From an uncultured Clostridia bacterium (GTDB taxonomy: Bacteria; Bacillota; Clostridia; Christensenellales; CAG-917), in contig CANQBO010000004.1 of the NCBI GenBank assembly GCA_947589475.1, positions 2,547 to 66,546 on the forward strand: a stretch of DNA of 64,000 bases. Direction: 5' to 3'. The translations under genes and the position numbers were made by a program. The stretch's first letter is position 1, and every line of letters begins with the position of its first letter. Shown piece after piece: positions 59,430-64,000 of the stretch. The notes beneath the pieces are model-generated. The model did no database searches. It was given only the letters and a program-made list of their open reading frames with translations, and was not told the DNA's origin.

Positions 59430-59549
59430 TTGACAGGAGCAAGGCGGATTTATTATAATTCTCTCATCATTTTTCCCGAAAGGGGAGGATGACGGCAGGT
59501 CGTTTGTTTCAACCGAGCTATGCTCGGAAACCGCTATGGCGGAGGTCGT
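59430..59549 (+). promoter_or_regulatory. Promoter and structured leader of xpt / nucleoside ABC operon
   Basis: TTGACA-18-TATAAT; three successive hairpins, the last overlapping GGAGG. Confidence 0.5.
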
Positions 59550-60122
59550 ATGAAACTTCTTGAAGATCGCATCCTTAAGGACGGCAAGGTGTATCCGGGC
59601 GAGGTCCTGAATGTCAGCGGATTTCTGAATCATTTGATAGACGAGAGTCTGCTTGACGAGATAGGAAAGGAAATTTCTGCGCGCTTTGAAGGCGACAATG
59701 TCACAAAAATTTTGACTATAGAGGCATCGGGCATCGCAATAGCTTGTGCGGCGGCACACTATTTGCACGCGCCGATGCTTTTTGCAAAAAAGAGCAGGAC
59801 TTCAAACATATCCGACAACTGCTATACGGCGGAGGTCATGTCCTATACTCACGGCTTGAAGAGCACCGTCTGCGTTGACAAGGAGTTTTTGTGCGCGGGG
59901 GACAGAGTGCTCATCGTGGACGACTTCCTTGCGCGCGGCGAGGCGGTCAAGGGCCTCATCAGCCTCATAAATCAGGCGGGCGCGACGCTTGTCGGTTGCG
60001 CGATCGCCATTGAAAAGGGCTTCCAGCCGGGCGGGGCGGAGCTTAGGGCGCATGGCATACGCGTTGAAAGCCTTGCCATCATCGAGTCCATGACGGACAC
60101 GAGCCTCACATTCCGCCATTAA
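59550..60122 (+). CDS. xpt: Xanthine phosphoribosyltransferase
   Basis: MKLLEDRILKDG, FLNH.ID, ILTIEASGI, IVDDFLA.G, IEKGFQ.G. Confidence 0.95.
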   Translation: MKLLEDRILKDGKVYPGEVLNVSGFLNHLIDESLLDEIGKEISARFEGDNVTKILTIEASGIAIACAAAHYLHAPMLFAKKSRTSNISDNCYTAEVMSYTHGLKSTVCVDKEFLCAGDRVLIVDDFLARGEAVKGLISLINQAGATLVGCAIAIEKGFQPGGAELRAHGIRVESLAIIESMTDTSLTFRH

Positions 60123-60168
60123 AAATCGAAACAAAATTAAGCCTAACGGCTAAAAAGGAGAATTATCA

Positions 60169-61440
60169 ATGAAAAAGAGAATTTTGTCGATAGTGCTCAT
60201 TGTAGCGCTTGTGGCAACGCTCACGATCGGTCTTGCGATCGGGCTTACGGCTTGCAATCCAACCGAGGGCGAGTATGTCAATTCCGATTACTCAAACATC
60301 AAGGTCGGTTTCATTATGTTGCATGACCCCGCAAACTCGACATATGACAAGAACTTCTACAACGCAATGGAAGAAGTCAGAAGAGGTCTCGGTCTCAGCG
60401 AGAGCCAAGTGCTGTACAGGCACACCATTCCCGAAGGACCCGAGTGCACACAGACTGCGGATGACCTTGTCGAAGAAGGTTGCAACATCATCTTCGCAGA
60501 CAGCTTCGGTCATGAGTCCTTCCTTTTGGCTTCCGCAAAGAAGCACCCGAACGTAGAATTCCTTCATGCAACAGGCACGCAGGCTCACACCGCAAATCAA
60601 AAGAATTTCCACAATGCATTCGCTTCCATCTATGAGGGCAGATACCTCGCAGGCGTTGCCGCAGGTCTCAAACTCAAAGAGATGGGCTATGGCGAAGGCG
60701 GTAGCAAGAATGTCAATAACCCCAAGGTCGGATATGTCGGAGCATTCACATATGCGGAAGTTATATCCGGTTATACCAGCTGGTTCCTCGGCGTTCGCTC
60801 CATAATCCCCGAAGCGACGATGGATGTCACATTTACAGGCAGTTGGTTTGATATTGCTCTCGAGCAGACTGCGGCAGAAAAGCTCATCAGCGGCGGTTGT
60901 GTTCTGGTTTCTCAGCATGCCGACTCTCTCGGCGCACCTCAAGCTTGCGAAGCGGCGGGCATTCCCAACGTCTCCTACAACGGAAGCACAGAGGCGACAG
61001 GCCCCAACACCTTCATCATCTCTTCGAGAATCGACTGGGCGCCCTATCTCAAGTATGCCATCAACTGCGTGCACACGGGTTCTCAAATCGCGACAGACTG
61101 GACGGGCACCATTGCAACGGGTTCCGTGCAAATTACAGCTCTCGGCAACAAGGTCTTTGCAGACAAGGCAAAAATTCAGGCAGAGCTTGACAAGGTGAGA
61201 GATCAGTTTATGGCGGGCACGCTTCATGTGTTTGCGACAGACAAGTTTACAGTAGATGGCAAAGAGCTAACCACTGACGAAACCCATGCAGATATAGATG
61301 ACGACGGAAATCATAAAGACGACGAGCAGTATACGGTCGTAAGCGACGGATACTTCCATGAGTCCGAATTCCGTTCCGCACCTTATTTTGATAAGAATAT
61401 CGACGGCATCACCTTGCTTGACACAAACTACGGCGACTAA
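60169..61440 (+). CDS. BMP family ABC transporter substrate-binding lipoprotein (nucleoside/purine)
   Basis: Lipobox LTAC, FADSFG, YEGRYLAGVAAG, FTGSWFD, SQHADS. Confidence 0.92.
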   Translation: MKKRILSIVLIVALVATLTIGLAIGLTACNPTEGEYVNSDYSNIKVGFIMLHDPANSTYDKNFYNAMEEVRRGLGLSESQVLYRHTIPEGPECTQTADDLVEEGCNIIFADSFGHESFLLASAKKHPNVEFLHATGTQAHTANQKNFHNAFASIYEGRYLAGVAAGLKLKEMGYGEGGSKNVNNPKVGYVGAFTYAEVISGYTSWFLGVRSIIPEATMDVTFTGSWFDIALEQTAAEKLISGGCVLVSQHADSLGAPQACEAAGIPNVSYNGSTEATGPNTFIISSRIDWAPYLKYAINCVHTGSQIATDWTGTIATGSVQITALGNKVFADKAKIQAELDKVRDQFMAGTLHVFATDKFTVDGKELTTDETHADIDDDGNHKDDEQYTVVSDGYFHESEFRSAPYFDKNIDGITLLDTNYGD

Positions 61441-61456
61441 TTTAGCTGTTAAAAAT

Positions 61457-61490
61457 TCGATTAGACGGAGCGTTCGCTCCGTCTAATCGA
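61457..61490 (+). terminator. Intra-operon hairpin (partial terminator or mRNA stabiliser)
   Basis: TCGATTAGACGGAGCG-TT-CGCTCCGTCTAATCGA after the binding-protein gene. Confidence 0.7.
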
Positions 61491-61531
61491 TTTATAACTT
61501 AAAATCAAGTATCAAAATCGGAGGTAACAGC

Positions 61532-63331
61532 GTGGAAAAAACTGTTGCTATTGAGCTTAGAGGCATCACAAAGACTTTCGGCGATGTGGTTGCCAACAAG
61601 AATGTGGATCTCGACGTTTATAGGGGCGAGATACTTTCTATTTTAGGGGAAAACGGAAGCGGCAAGACGACGCTTATGAATATGATCGCCGGCATTTATT
61701 TCCCCGACGAAGGGCACATCTTTATAAACGGCGAAGAGGTTGTCATCAAGTCGCCTAAGGACGCTTTTGCGCACAAGATCGGAATGATACATCAGCACTT
61801 CAAGCTTGTGGACACCTTCAGCGCGGCGGACAACATCATTCTCGGCGAAAAGTGCCCCAAATTTGATCTTAAAGAGGAAAAAGCGAAGCTTATAGAGGCG
61901 CACAGGGCGGAGAATGAGGCATATGAAAACTATGACGAAGCCGAGCATCCCGGTCCTCTCGCATACATGACAAAGCCGAAGTTCCACCCCGAAAAGGAAA
62001 CGAAGCGCCGCCTCGCGCTTATGCCGCTTGTGGGGATAGGAAGAAGGATCAAGTTCAATTGGCTTGCAAAGAAGCGCGCGGACGTCGTGCAGGACATCGC
62101 AAACCGCTTCGGATTTAAAATTGACCTTAAGAAGAAAATATACGACATGTCCGTCAGTGAAAAACAGACTGTCGAGATCATAAAAGTGCTGTATCGCGGC
62201 GCGGATATACTCATTTTGGACGAGCCTACCGCGGTGCTCACTCCTCAAGAAATAGAAAAGTTGTTCGACGTGCTTCGCAATATGAAGGCGGCGGGCAAGT
62301 CCATAATCATCATTACGCACAAGCTCAACGAAGTTATGGCGATCTCGGACAGAGTCGCGGTGCTCAGAAAGGGCGAACATATCGCGACGGTCAACACTTC
62401 CGAGACAAACGAGCAACAACTCACCGAGATGATGGTGGGCAAGAAAGTGTCCCTCAACATCGACAGAGCGGAGCCGCACGACGTCAAGAACAGGCTTGTC
62501 GTCAGTGGGCTGACCGCCGTCGACGTTGACGGAGTAAAAGTGCTTGACAACATATCGTTTGAGGCAAGATCGGGCGAGATACTCGGTATCGCGGGTATCG
62601 CGGGCAGCGGACAAAGGCAATTGCTTGAGGCTATTGCGGGGCTTTACAAGGTAAAGGACGGCACCATAACCTATTTCGATCCGAATAAAGACGACGCGCC
62701 CGTGGACCTCAGGTCAAAAACTCCCGTGCAGATACGCGACCTCGGCGTAAGACTGTCGTTCGTCCCCGAGGACAGGCTGGGCATGGGACTTGTCGGCAAT
62801 ATGGACCTCATCGACAACATGATGCTCCGCTCCTATCGCAAGGGCTTTATGTTCCTTGACAGGAAGTCGCCAAAAAAACTTGCCGAAACGATCGTGGAAG
62901 AGCTTGAAGTCGTCACGCCGAGCACACATACCGCCGTCAGAAAGTTGTCAGGCGGAAACGTGCAGAAAGTGCTTGTCGGGCGCGAGATCGCGGCTTCGCC
63001 TTCCGTGCTTATGGCGGCGTATCCCGTGAGAGGTCTCGACATCAACTCGTCCTACACAATATACAATCTGCTCAACGAGCAAAAAGAGAAGGGCGTGGCG
63101 GTCATATTCGTGGGCGAGGACTTAGACGTGCTCATAGAGCTTTGCGACCGCATACTCGTCATCTGCGCGGGCAAAGTGACGGGCGTCGTGGACGGCAGGC
63201 GCGCCATAAAAGAGCAGATAGGCTTGCTTATGACAAAGACATCCGGCGACGTCGACGAAAATCAGATGTCGATCGACGAGTTGCATGATGAGCAAAATAT
63301 AGACAACGATGAAGGAGGGGAGGCGTTATGA
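61532..63331 (+). CDS. Nucleoside/sugar ABC transporter ATP-binding protein (CUT2, double domain)
   Basis: GENGSGKTT, HQHFKLV, LDEPTAVLT, ITHKL, PEDRLG, LSGGNVQK. Confidence 0.95.
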   Translation: MEKTVAIELRGITKTFGDVVANKNVDLDVYRGEILSILGENGSGKTTLMNMIAGIYFPDEGHIFINGEEVVIKSPKDAFAHKIGMIHQHFKLVDTFSAADNIILGEKCPKFDLKEEKAKLIEAHRAENEAYENYDEAEHPGPLAYMTKPKFHPEKETKRRLALMPLVGIGRRIKFNWLAKKRADVVQDIANRFGFKIDLKKKIYDMSVSEKQTVEIIKVLYRGADILILDEPTAVLTPQEIEKLFDVLRNMKAAGKSIIIITHKLNEVMAISDRVAVLRKGEHIATVNTSETNEQQLTEMMVGKKVSLNIDRAEPHDVKNRLVVSGLTAVDVDGVKVLDNISFEARSGEILGIAGIAGSGQRQLLEAIAGLYKVKDGTITYFDPNKDDAPVDLRSKTPVQIRDLGVRLSFVPEDRLGMGLVGNMDLIDNMMLRSYRKGFMFLDRKSPKKLAETIVEELEVVTPSTHTAVRKLSGGNVQKVLVGREIAASPSVLMAAYPVRGLDINSSYTIYNLLNEQKEKGVAVIFVGEDLDVLIELCDRILVICAGKVTGVVDGRRAIKEQIGLLMTKTSGDVDENQMSIDELHDEQNIDNDEGGEAL

Positions 63332-64000
63332 GATCCGTAACAGGCAAAGAGAGCAAGTTCGACGCATTTGTCGACAAGCTCAAAAAGGAATCCCCCATAC
63401 ATATCGCAAAGCGCATGGACGCTCCGAAGTGGCTTCCTATCGTCATAAGGATAGCGGCGGTCGTCGCGGCGTTTTTGGTGTGCGCGATCGTGACGGCATT
63501 CTTTGAGCCGAGCGCGTTCGGGACTTTCTTTGTCGAGATGTTCAGAGGGACTTTCGGCACTCCGAGGCGCGTCATAAACCTGTTTTGGGAAGCGGCGATT
63601 TTGTTGCTCATCGCGCTTGCGGTCACTCCCGCATTCAAGATGAAGTTTTGGAACATCGGCGCGGAAGGACAAGTGCTTATGGGCGCGCTGATGAGCGCTA
63701 CGTGCATTTGGTATCTCGGCGGCAAGGTGTCCGAAGGCGGGCTTATCGTCCTCTGTCTGATCGCGGCTATGGCGGGAGGCGCGATATGGACGCTCATTCC
63801 CGCGCTGTTCAAAGCGAAGTGGAACACAAACGAGACGCTTTTCACTCTTATGCTCAACTATATCGCCACCGCTATTATTTCTTCTGCGATAGCCCTATGG
63901 GTAAAGACGGGATCTCACGTTGTGGGCATTATGCCAAACGGACATTTGCCGACGATCAACGGTCAGGATTATGTTTTGAACATCATTATCGTCGCACTGA
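63328..64000 (+). CDS. ABC transporter permease (3' truncated; not in ORF track)
   Basis: ATGA overlap with the ATPase stop; translates ..PAFKMKFWNIGAEGQ..KAKWNTNETLFTLMLNY, open to window end. Confidence 0.92.
   Translation, partial: MRSVTGKESKFDAFVDKLKKESPIHIAKRMDAPKWLPIVIRIAAVVAAFLVCAIVTAFFEPSAFGTFFVEMFRGTFGTPRRVINLFWEAAILLLIALAVTPAFKMKFWNIGAEGQVLMGALMSATCIWYLGGKVSEGGLIVLCLIAAMAGGAIWTLIPALFKAKWNTNETLFTLMLNYIATAIISSAIALWVKTGSHVVGIMPNGHLPTINGQDYVLNIIIVAL

Noticed and set aside
59460-59549. Canonical purine riboswitch before xpt
   Set aside because: ATATGG, TTTCTACC and CCGTAAA consensus elements are absent.
134-63857. Long antisense or alternate-frame ORFs (e.g. 134-1486, 6173-7516, 7793-9313, 30141-31475, 52074-53627)
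   Set aside because: They shadow well-supported genes, show no recognisable motifs, and are expected from GC-rich codon bias.

Overview
Chromosomal segment of a moderately GC-rich Firmicute (Clostridia-like gene content). It is mostly housekeeping: uvrB-uvrA, ftsK-rimO-pgsA-cinA-recA, MATE, ClC, aminotransferase, cobB, aspartokinase, GH3 glucosidase, cdaA, holA, pyrR, uraA with two upp genes, feoA-feoA-feoB, xpt and a nucleoside ABC transporter. Three large accessory lipoprotein genes are interspersed, including a 1568-aa BspA-type LRR protein next to a WYL regulator. I found no transposase, integrase, phage gene, rRNA, tRNA or CRISPR array. The main observations are: (1) a pyrR / DUF523(TudS) / uraA / divergent upp / canonical upp cluster with a variant PyrR attenuator, possibly thio-pyrimidine salvage; (2) a promoter-to-terminator, about 165-nt hairpin-plus-pseudoknot RNA before the LRR gene; (3) a FeoB with a duplicated acidic insert in a predicted outer loop; (4) modular intergenic repeats (TGTCCGAGC arrays, GGGGACCCC palindromes with exchangeable interiors, a composite 3' element with compensatory stems); (5) a free-standing 6S-like RNA candidate; (6) a lipoprotein gene flanked by direct repeats beside an MBL-nuclease remnant. 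All family calls come from motif recognition by eye, not database searches.
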